Below, piece by piece: positions 53,111-64,000 of a stretch of 64,000 nucleotides of DNA. The DNA comes from Octopus vulgaris (lineage: Eukaryota), in the NCBI GenBank assembly GCA_951406725.2, contig OX597817.1, forward strand, positions 13,888,001-13,952,000. Direction: 5' to 3'. Both the position numbers and the translations under genes were made by a program. Position 1 is the first letter of the stretch; the number at the start of each line of letters is the position of its first letter. Under the pieces are notes generated by a model, which saw nothing but the letters and a program-made list of their open reading frames with translations, searched no databases and was not told where the DNA came from.

Positions 53111-55879
53111 TTGATGAAGCTCTCAGCATGAAGTAACTTAAAATGTAAATACTGCAGTAAATGCCGCCATAAAATCGAGCCAATGTACTATTTGTAATGT
53201 TCTGTAAGTTACTGGGGTGTTGGACCGCTGAGGTGGATACCCTGGGCTTCTTTTAAATTTCATTTGTTTATATATTGAGGTACAGAGTAGCATGATTAAA
53301 GCTTAAGGATTCATACATTTAATTCTTAACGAGTGACTAAAAGAAAAATAATACTTTTATATCTTATATTTTAGGATAGTATAAAGCCTGGTTCCAGATG
53401 TACATGGGATTAGTATGAGGTTATATTTAAAAGAATAGTTCATATTCGGTAATAACGCTTCTGAAAGTTGCGCTCACAGCAAATTATTTTACAGTATATC
53501 AAACTCGTACATGTGTATGAAGATCATTGTTTGTAAAAACTAGATTTCATTGTTAAGATTTGCAGGATTCGAAGTATTACTTCCCAACAATATCCCACCG
53601 AACGGTCACAATCATATGAAGTGATGACTAAATAGCTAACGACTAACATTCAATACTAATGGCATGTCTTCTGCTGAGTCAGTGAAAACGTTTCAGCTTC
53701 ACCCGACATCACAATAGAAGGTGGTGCATAAAAAACTATTATATTACGCGACACACGAGTCTTTTCCTGTTGATGTCAGTGGAATGCCGATGTAAAGGAA
53801 ATGTAGGCATATGAAGAACATTAGCGAAGATAAATGAGAGAACAGTAGCCAACCGTAGCAGTGAGCATATTTCCGGCTAGAACCAGCTGTGCAATGAACA
53901 CGCAACACACAAGGTCACATACGGTGTCGATGTTTGTTCCCTTCAAACAATGCTCCGTACACACAGCTGTAATCTATCCATCATTGGTCAAGTGTTTTGT
54001 CATAACTAGTTTATCAACAATGCATCTTTTGTCTTCTGCATTGTAACAGTCCTCCATCGATCTTAATTCTGACATTTTCACATGTCACTATCTTTTAAAA
54101 AGAATTTTGTTCGAGCTTGTTCCAACATACGTTTCGTTAACTTGTTGGCAAGAAAACCAAGATAATAATTTACATTTTACATTTATCACAGTAGTTTCAG
54201 TTTCTTAAATCTATACATCTAACTTTCAACTTGATTTCTTCTTTTGCTTGATTCCTTGATTAATTAAAAATTAAGTTGCCCACCTCAAAAATGAATGACA
54301 AAGTGAGGGGTTTTATTTTTCAATTTATATTCTGCCTTCAATTACGTCTGCAGAAAGCTATAAGCTAGAAGTCTGCATGTAAGTTGAGATAAATCATTGG
54401 TATTTGATTTGTAGAATTCCCAACAGGAAACGGAAGGCAGATAACAAAAAAATGAAAATGTAGTCTGATGAAACTTATGAAGTTACTGTTTAAGATAAAT
54501 AATTGGTATTTGATTCGAAAAAATGGTCACAGGAAACGGAAAACAAAATAAGAAAGAAAGGAAAAAGTATTTCTTTTTTTAGTTTCTTTGGTGAAACAAA
54601 ATTGAAACAATCGTTTGGAATTGGAAATTTTTCATTCATTTTTTTTTAACAAAGCAAATCTGTATTACAATACACTGCAATTTTAAACTGAATCGTTTCA
54701 ATGGAAATGTGACGTATTTGAATTATCAAAGTTGTAACTTGATCAATTTCTAACAAAATAAGTTAAAGAATTGTAATAAACAGAACACAGTTTGGAAATA
54801 TAATTTAGAGCTCAATCTCTAAAAGGTTTAAGTTTAAGTACTTTGAAAACAACTATAGTGTTCCTATATCTTGGATACGGAATTCAACCAACTGAAGAAG
54901 AGGATTGCCAAACTTGTTTCAGCGTAGGACAAAATACCTTTCATGTTTTAGCCACGATCCTTCACGCTCTGAGTTCAAATTCCACCGAGGCCGACTTTAT
55001 CCTCCATGCAGTTTGAATAGAATATAAAATAGTTAAGTAGTGGAGTTGATGCAGCTGATGTACGCCATATGCGCGTCGTGGCCTGATCCGTTTCTCGGTG
55101 GACATCTCATGTTTTTCCAAAGTATAGTAAATTCAGGATTACATATTTTTATTTTCTGTTTCTAAGAGAGTAAGAAGTAATGTATAGAAAATTTTACTGT
55201 TATTTCTAGCAAATCGGGTGATTGTATTCAGGCGATAAAAGAATATAGTTGGGTTTCATTTAGTGCAGACTCATTGCGGTCAGTTGATATACTAGAAATA
55301 TCAACCTAATCGCACTCTACGTATTAAAAAAAGAAAGGATACGTTGGATAATGGAGTTATAAATGGAGCCTCTATGTAGCCATTTTATAGGTTAGAAATA
55401 GCAGCCAAACTTTCATTAAATTACACCCTATCTACTGGAAGAAAAGAGGTTAGATGATGCATTGTACCTAAGGAGAAGACGAAATGATATCAGCTGAAAT
55501 ATCTCGCTGTTGAACATTGCAGATCATTGACGATCTGAAGCTGTACACAAGCAACAGTCGTTGGTAGTTTTGATAGACTGCAGAGTGAAATAAAGCTAAT
55601 TGCAATTAGTTAACCGCCCATGTAACGTCTAAACAAACCAACAAGGAAGTCTTTAGGCTGTCACTCGACCTGTTCAAAATAGCAGACGTATATCTCCCAA
55701 ACTTCATCCTGTCGTCCCAAAATGATTGAATATACTAGAAACATCACTCCTGGATATATGCTAGAATAGAAGACGAGATAGTCTCAACTGCTGGAAGCTA
55801 GTTCACCTCATCTTTGTTGTGCCACTATCAGAATCTACAGGGAAATTGAAAGAGATAAAACAGCGGGAAGAGTACAATA

Positions 55880-57130
55880 CGAGGGTGGGATGAATAGCTC
55901 ATAGGCTGACTAGGAAAGAGTGATGTTAGAGATGAAAACTTTAGCATGCATTAATTTCAACTGTTCTTATTAATAAGTGCATTGTTTTTTTTCCAGGTAA
56001 AAATCAGGTCTGACTGTTCAAAGAACACTTCAAAAGTCACTGGTAACGACTTCTCTTGAGAATCGACAAAATTTGGAATCGTGGTATTATGAAGCTACCT
56101 ACAGAAAAAGGGTTTAGCACCCAAGAGCATTTGACCTGATACATTTGCTACATTAGGGGATGACGTTCCAGCTTTATCAATAGTGCAGTAGTGGGCAGCT
56201 GAATTTTGAAGAGGAAAGGAGAATCTTGAAGATGACCCAAGATTTGAACGTCCTGCGACTGCCACGACCGAGGAAAACATTGATCTTGTTCACCACATGG
56301 TGATGGATGACAGGCGACTATAAATCAAATAGCCAGTGCTATCAGCATATCCAGTGAGAGAGTTGAGAATATTCTGCAAAATGGACTTGGCATGATGAAG
56401 GTTTCTGCTCGGTGGATGCCACGTCTTCTGTACCTGATCAAAGGCGTTCCAGGCTAGTAACATCACGGAAAAATCTGACATTGTCTGAGGCAGATCCAGC
56501 TGCTTTCCTTGAACACTTCTTAAGCCAGGATAAGTGTTTGGGTTCATCACTCTGAAGCAGAGACAAAGAGAGAATCCATGCAGTTGAAAACCCCCTCCTC
56601 ACTTGCTCCAAAAAAGGCTGAAGTTCAAGGTCGTTTCACCTGCAGGGAAGGTAAAGAAAAAAAAGCATTATGTTTATTGACTATTTTCAAAGCGCTAAAC
56701 CATCAATGGAGTTTACTAGGCCAACTGCTGAGGCAGTTAGGAAAAGTGACGAAAGGGCACTTGCTTCATCACAACAATGCTTCAGCACACAAGTCCTTGG
56801 TTTCAATGACTGTGGCTTGAAAGTGGTTGATCACCTTCCCTATTTTCCTGATTTGGCCGCCCCATCTAACTATCATCTATTCCCCAATATGAAAAAACAC
56901 TTGGCTGGGAGCCAGTATCGCAGTGAGTTGAGCCAGTGTCACATATCTGCTGCTGATGATGATTTTTTGATCCACAGGATGAAAGCTTCTTCACCAATGG
57001 CATCCAAAGACTACAGCACCGATAGAAGAAATGAGTGGACAGCCAATGGGACTATGTTGAAAGAAACCTCATTTGATTGCATTCCATGAGAGAATCATGG
57101 TTGGCCTATGAATTTTCCAGCCAACCCTCG
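55880..57130 (+). mobile_element. Near-full-length decayed mariner transposon (~1.25 kb)
   Basis: Imperfect ~31-bp TIRs (cgagggtgggatgaatagctcataggctgac / gttggcctatgaattttccagccaaccctcg), with TA on the left. Broken transposase reads LEDDPRFERPATA, KVSARWMPRLL, LLHHNNASAH and HLPYFPDLAAPSNYHLFPNMKKHLAG. Confidence 0.9.
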
Positions 57131-57594
57131 TTTCTCCATATTATACCACTACACTTCATTTAGTTAATCACTGCACTTCGAAATGAACTATATCGTTTCC
57201 AATTAGACAGAGTATGGGATATCCGGAATTATGGATTTATAAGTCGTACCTAGTTGTTCGGTCGGCTATGTAGTTCTGCTTTATCAGGGCTGATGCGGGG
57301 TTATATAACATCAGCGATAATAACAAAAGTGCAACGAGTAGTCGATTAACATGATGATTCTGCTTGCTTTATTTTCCTTATAAAGCAAATAGACGAACTG
57401 TGAATTCAGTATTAATCTCTAAGAATTTAAACACATATTAAACTTCAAAACCTGAGGCAGTAAAAGGAGCCACAGCAAACCCTCTTAATGAGCCGCTGTA
57501 TTATCCATTACAATAGAAAACGCCTGCAAGATCCCTCTTTTCAAAATAAGTAGTATAATTTTTTCTAGTAATTTAACTATTCTTTAATTCGTTT

Positions 57595-58394
57595 ATTCTT
57601 TTACTTGTTTCAATCATTTGACTGTGGCCATGATGGAGCACCCCACTGAAAGGATTTTAGTCGAAGAAATCGACCCCAGGATTTATTCTTTGTAAGCCTA
57701 ATACTTATTCCATCGGTTTCTTTTGCTGAACCGCTAAGTCACGGGCACATAAACATGCCAGCATCGGTTGTCAAGCGATGGTGGATGGAGGGACAAACAC
57801 AGACACACATATATCTTTACTCTCTTTTACTCTTTTACTTGTTTCAGTCATTTGACTGCGGCCATGCTGGAGCACCGCCTTTAGTCGAGCGAATCGACCC
57901 CAAGACTTATTCTTTGTAAGCCCAGTACTTATTCTATCGGTCTCTTTTGCTGAACCGCTAAGTTACGGGGACGTAAATGCACCAGCATCGGTTGTCAAGC
58001 AATGTTGAGGGGGACAAACAAAGACACACAAACACACAAACACACGCACATATATATACACATATGTGCGACGAGCTTCTTTCAGTTTCCGTCTACCAAA
58101 TCCACTCACAAGGCTTTGGTCGGCCCGAGGCTATAGTAGAAGACACTTGCCCAAGGTGCTACGCAGTGGGACTGAACCCGGAACCATGTGGTTGGTAAGC
58201 AAGCTACTTACCACACAGCCACTCCTATATATAACGGGCTTCTTTCAGTTTCCATGTACTAAATCTACTCACAAGGCTTTGGTAGGCCCGAGGCTTTAGT
58301 AAAAGACACTTGACCAAGGTGCCATGCAGTGGGACTGAACCCGGAGCCATGTGGTTGGGAAGCAAGCTTCTTATCACACAGCCACGCCTGCGCC
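57595..58394 (-). mobile_element. SINE family A nested inside an older family A copy
   Basis: Outer tail 57595-57810, complete inner copy ~57814-58225, outer head ~58233-58394. Confidence 0.8.
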
Positions 58395-59133
58395 TATGAA
58401 ACATACGCCCACGATTTATAATCTTACTCATGGAGTTATTTTCCATCACAGATATCGAACCGAGGCCGGTCATCTCATTATGTTGGACAATGGTAGAATA
58501 AACCATCCTGGAAGCAGTATATGACCGACAAATTATTCTGTAGAGACAAAATAGTGTTGTTAGAATAGCAGAAATCAAACACTGGTTAAGAAGGAGCTCC
58601 GTAGCGTCAAACAGTTCTCTTATAAGCAATAATATGCAGTTCGATCCTCGTTAGGGCAGCTGCTGTTGTTCTCTTCTTCAAAAAGGAGAATATAATGTCT
58701 AATAAACATTTAAGGAAATATGAAATTGAATCAATGTAAACAAATTGTGGCACAAAGGAATGTTTGCTTTTATAGCTTGCCAACACTTCCTAAGATATTA
58801 AGACTTTTTATTCTTCCAATATTCAGTAACTCACCGACATTTTCCTAAACTACTTATCGTTTCCTAACCGCATTTCCTAACCTACTAACATTTCCGGAGC
58901 TACCAAAATACTTAACTGATCATTTTCTCCGCTCTGTTGCTTAGCTGATGTAGTTTCTTAAATATTCTATTTTCAGATAGTTATCAATATATTACTGCCT
59001 TTTCTCAATGGAGCGATTCTTATTAATTCTTTACCGGTTATCTGGAAATGTAATGCGTCCGCTTGATCAAAAATACGAAGAAAATATTCCTGAAACTTCC
59101 ACACTTGCAAAAAAGGAGAGGCGAAGAAGAAAA

Positions 59134-59134
59134 G

Positions 59135-59189
<55 letters not shown>

Positions 59190-59206
59190 TGATGATAATG
59201 ATGTTG

Positions 59207-59276
<70 letters not shown>

Positions 59277-59278
59277 TG

Positions 59279-59332
<54 letters not shown>

Positions 59333-59344
59333 GTAACAATGATG

Positions 59345-59375
<31 letters not shown>

Positions 59376-59392
59376 TAATAATAATAATAACG

Positions 59393-59483
<91 letters not shown>

Positions 59484-59500
59484 TAATAATAATAATAACG

Positions 59501-59542
<42 letters not shown>

Positions 59543-59554
59543 GTAACAATGATG

Positions 59555-59591
<37 letters not shown>

Positions 59592-59608
59592 TAATAATAA
59601 TAATAACG

Positions 59609-59665
<57 letters not shown>

Positions 59666-59680
59666 GTAATAATAATAATG

Positions 59681-59731
<51 letters not shown>

Positions 59732-59739
59732 TGATGATT

Positions 59740-59832
<93 letters not shown>
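59134..59832. repeat. ~700-bp (AAT)n tract with GAT/AGT/AAC interruptions
   Basis: Direct reading; source of the 281-aa poly-N ORF. Confidence 0.95.
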
Positions 59833-60357
59833 GATGCTCTGATGCAGTACTAGACAGTGGCTCTCATAGCTTCTGATCTTAACTGATTGGAAGTGCTTTC
59901 ATGTACGTTGTTTTGTCTTGATAGGCTACAGCAAATATTCTGCTCAATACTACAATTTTGCTTGTCAGTTGTTTGACCATAACCAGTTGAGCATGTCCCT
60001 TAGTGGCTGACGATATGTGCATCTCTGACCATGAGCAGAAGTAGCGAGGGAGCATCATAGCCGTGTGTTGAAAGGAATTCTTAGAGATTTGGATAATTCA
60101 CCTCTGGAAACATGGGTGTTTCGTTCAACATCCCTAAGCAATCCTTATTCAGGGACCTTTTGAGCGGGATGGGCTCCTCGACCAGAAGAAAATTCTAACT
60201 GGGCCCCACCTGCAAGGTCATGTGCTGTTTATCTTGATACGAGATCACCATGTCGCGCACATGTGGTTGTGATGCACGTGCCAGGTGTACCCTTATCAGA
60301 CGGTTAGTCATGATGGATATAATGGGCTTCGTGTATTTTACCCCTGCTCTCTCACTC
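59833..60357. other. ~525-bp complex-sequence island between two (AAT)n tracts; probably a microsatellite-inserted repeat
   Basis: Higher GC than the flanks and sharp borders with (AAT)n on both sides; no recognisable ORF; single copy in this window. Confidence 0.35.
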
Positions 60358-60475
<118 letters not shown>

Positions 60476-61138
60476 TTTTCTACTATAATCACATGGCCTA
60501 GGTTTTGTGAGGAAGAGAACAGTCGATCACATCGACCCCCGTGCGCAACTGGTACTTATTTAATCGTCCCCGAAAAGATGAAAGGCAAAATCGAATTCGG
60601 CGGAACTTGAACTGAACGCTAAGTATTTCGCCTGGCGTGCTAAAGATTCTGCCGGCTCACCACCTTAGTAATAATCCTTTCTATTATAGGCAGAAGGTCT
60701 GAAATTTTGGAGGAGAGGACTAGACAATTACATCGACCGCAGTGTTTCGCTGGTACTTCATCTATCAACCCCGAAATGATGAAAGACAAAGTTGACTTCG
60801 GCTGAATTTAAACTCGGTACGTAACTGGAAGAAATTCCGCTATATAGTATAATTTGAATAGAAAATCTAGCAGTTACTAAGAGATGAAGGCAGATTAAGC
60901 AGAATAAAGTCTTTCTTAGCCATTTTCAATCATCCTGAAAGTAGACAGTGACTTCTTTATGCGTGTGTATGTATGTATAAATATTGTATGTGGGTATGTA
61001 AGTATGTATATATATATATATATATATTGGCCTGCTCGCTTAGCCAGCGGGATGGCGTCATTTCAAGGCTAAAACAATGCGAAGCGCATTGTGACTAGCG
61101 ATGTGTCACAACATCTGATAGCCTGGTCGGTCACGGTG

Positions 61139-61210
<72 letters not shown>

Positions 61211-61212
<2 letters not shown>

Positions 61213-61635
61213 TCTTTACTCTTTACTCTTTTACTCTTTTACTTGTTTCAGTCATTTGACTGCGGCCATGCTGGAGCACCACCTTTTAGTCGAGCAAATC
61301 GACCCCGGGACTTATTCTTTGTAAGCCCAGTACTTATTCTATCGGTCTCTTTTGCCGAACCGCTAAGTGACGGGGATGTAAACACACCAGCATCGGTTGT
61401 CAAGCAATGCTAGGGGGACAAACACAGACACACAAACACACACATACATATACATATATATATACATATATATGACGGGCTTCTTTTCAGTTTCCGTCTA
61501 CCAAATCCACTCACAAGGCATTGGTCGGCCCGGGGCTATAGCAGAAGACACTTGCCCAAGATGCCACGCAGTGGGACTGAACCCGGAACCATGTGGTTGG
61601 TTAGCAAGCTACTTACACACACAGCCACTCCTGCG

Positions 61636-61637
<2 letters not shown>
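61211..61637 (-). mobile_element. SINE family A
   Basis: Full reverse-complement copy flanked by (TA)n. Confidence 0.9.
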
Positions 61638-61684
<47 letters not shown>

Positions 61685-62175
61685 TGCTAGCTCTTCTGCC
61701 TCCGCGAAAAACTGTATATCCTCCAACCTGCAGTATCAGTCAACAAGGAATACGATTTCTCGTATTGCTGTCACCAGAGGAATACCCTTCTGGCAAATTT
61801 CAGGCCTCTGATAGCCGATATCCCGGATATACCACCTTAGTACCAGCTGCTACTCTGCACCGCCTGCACTAAGGTCACCGCTACCAACAAACCCCATGCG
61901 CAGGACCGCCAATTACCAATCCCCAATGTTTACCAACCCCCAACGCATATCAAACCTCAACGCTTACCAATTCCCAACGCTTACCAATCCCCAACGCTTG
62001 TTTACGCGCGTGTATATTCACGCACGCGCATAACATTCCTTGACCAATCGCAGCCCATCTTACAGTAATAACAATCAACTTTTGTCATTCAAATGCAAAA
62101 TAGCTGACGACTAACATCACACTTGAAACTCAAGAGTACCAACGAATTTGAATCAAACTGTTTTGATCCATATTT
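61685..62175 (+). pseudogene. Penelope-like element 3' end (endonuclease C-terminus plus pseudo-LTR with degenerate HHR)
   Basis: The frame from 61685 reads C*LFCLREKLYILQPAVSVNKEYDFSYCCHQRNTLLANF, resembling the PLE CxLCxxEK...LNK...CxH end. It is followed by 17-bp repeats (cttaccaatccccaacg) and CTGACGA...GAAACTCaaGAGTA at 62104-62138. Confidence 0.55.
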
Positions 62176-62202
62176 ATATATATATATCTATATATTTATT
62201 TG

Positions 62203-62235
<33 letters not shown>

Positions 62236-62357
62236 GTATGCATATATGTATGTACATATATAGATATACAAAAATACATACATACATATATATATATATA
62301 TGCATATATATGTGTGTGTACGTGTATAAATGTATACATGAATACATATACATAAAT

Positions 62358-62394
<37 letters not shown>

Positions 62395-63027
62395 CACACA
62401 CATCATATACATATACTAAAAACTGCATTACGACCAGCGATGTGTAACAACATTTGATAGCCTGGTCATGTATATATACATACATATGCATATATGTGTG
62501 TGTGTGTGTATGTATGTATAAGGAGTGGTATATACACATACACACACGCAAACAAATATATATGCACATACATATACACACACATACATATGTAGGTATG
62601 TATTTATGTACTGTGATGCTTTCACTTTTTTTTTCACAAATCCGTTTGCAGCTTAACTGTAAATGTGAATTGAATTTCTTTCTGCAGGTTTTTTTTAATT
62701 CTAAATTTATTTCGTATTAATTACCCTGGCTACGAATGGTATTTCTAACTATAAAGATTAACAAAACTGTCCTCAATGACACTCGGTACAAATCAAGAGC
62801 TATGCAAACAAGTTTGGTTTTAAATTCTTTGTATGTCTATAGACGATATTTCCTGTTTCCGTTAGATGAACATTTTAGCTTAAACCGACGCTGATACATT
62901 AAAGACAAACATGGATTCAGGAAGAAAGAAAAGCCACAATGCATAATTGAGCATTGGCGTATATCATAGCATTTTAGTGCAACAATTAGTGCCATGCAAT
63001 CTTGCGGCTAATTATTATTATTATTAC

Positions 63028-63088
<61 letters not shown>

Positions 63089-63091
<3 letters not shown>

Positions 63092-63305
63092 TAGTATATT
63101 TTTTTTTTATAGCGTGCTTTCACTTCACTACCAAGCGCAGCTCTGTGTGCCTTGGGTACGTGCTGTGATATGTTGTGATGCTCTGATGGTTATTGTATGG
63201 AAAGTGTTCTGCGTAGGATGTGTGCAGTGCCTAGTAGTGCAATTTTCTGTATGTTATATGTGTTTGTAAGTCCTGGTGTTTTTGTTATGTATTTGTCTGA
63301 ATATT
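63089..63305 (-). mobile_element. R4/Dong-like LINE extreme 3' end inside (TAA)n
   Basis: KYITKTPGLTNTYNIQKIALLGTAHILRRTLSIQ* plus ~100-nt 3' UTR, flanked on both sides by (TTA)n. Confidence 0.75.
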
Positions 63306-63322
63306 TTATTATTATTATTATT

Positions 63323-63387
<65 letters not shown>

Positions 63388-64000
63388 TGTTGTTGTTGTT
63401 GTTGTTATCATCAAGGCAGCGAGCTGGTAGAATCGTTAGCATGCCGGGCAAAATGCCTTGCGGAATTTCGTTTGTCTTTATGTTCTGAGTTCAAATTCCG
63501 CCGAGGTCAACTTTGCTTTTCATCCTTTCGGAGTTAAAAAATTAAGTACCAATTGAGCACTGGGGTCAAAGTATTCGACTTATTCCCTTCCCAGAAATTA
63601 CTGGCCTTGTGCCAAAAATTGAAATCATTATTATTATTGTTATTATGACTGCGAGCTGGCAGAATCATTAGCACGCCCGACAGAATGCCTCGCGGTATTT
63701 CGTCTGTCTTTACATTCTGAGTTCAAACCTTGCCTTTCATTATTTCGGGATCGCTAAGTACCAGTTGAGTACTGGGGCAACCTACGGGCAGGCAATCTTT
63801 TGTTGTGACAGTGCCGAAATCAACACAATACTTCTCACTTTTCCTAATTTAGGTGAAACAGCATGAGAAGGTAAATTGGAGGAGAGCTCAAGTTACCATT
63901 CCAGCATGGAAGACGGTATTGTATCGCTGAGTGTCGGCGAAACCCGACGCTTTGAAGCAGCAACACATGCCCAGATGGAAAGAGCTCTCAGATAAATATG

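Noticed and set aside
54387-54545. 106-bp-spaced diverged duplication (agataaatNattggtatttgatt...acaggaaacggaa)
   Set aside because: It is real but has only two degenerate copies and no further structure, so it looks like an ordinary local duplication.
56578-57089. Active mariner transposase or SETMAR-like gene
   Set aside because: There are multiple stops and frameshifts, and the catalytic-region motifs are degraded (HNN, APSN).
59008-59853. 281-aa Asn-rich ORF and overlapping poly-I/poly-L ORFs
   Set aside because: These are translations of an (AAT)n microsatellite with no domain content.

Overview
This is AT-rich eukaryotic, non-genic DNA. The SINE families and the (TA/CA/TATG/AAT/CAT)n load resemble a cephalopod (Octopus-like) genome; that assignment is inference. 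No intact host protein-coding gene is recognisable, and nearly all listed ORFs are microsatellite artefacts. The window is a mosaic of three abundant tRNA-derived SINE families (called A, B and C here), dead mariner transposons, non-autonomous Helitrons, LINE remnants (CR1/L2-like, Tx1/L1-like, R4/Dong-like, RTE-like), Penelope-like element (PLE) remnants, a 12 x 145-bp tandem array and long palindromes. The most notable signal is a population of about 10 minimal type I hammerhead-ribozyme (HHR) motifs with co-varying stems. One lies inside a TSD-flanked element built from a tRNA-like Pol III head, an (AAT)n spacer and an intact hammerhead (41753-42109). Other observations include TSD-bounded SINE dimers, one SINE head with three alternative tails, a SINE/LINE 3' stem-loop with compensatory changes, and a speculative HDV-like fold. 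Coordinates were read by eye, so edges of degenerate repeats are approximate.
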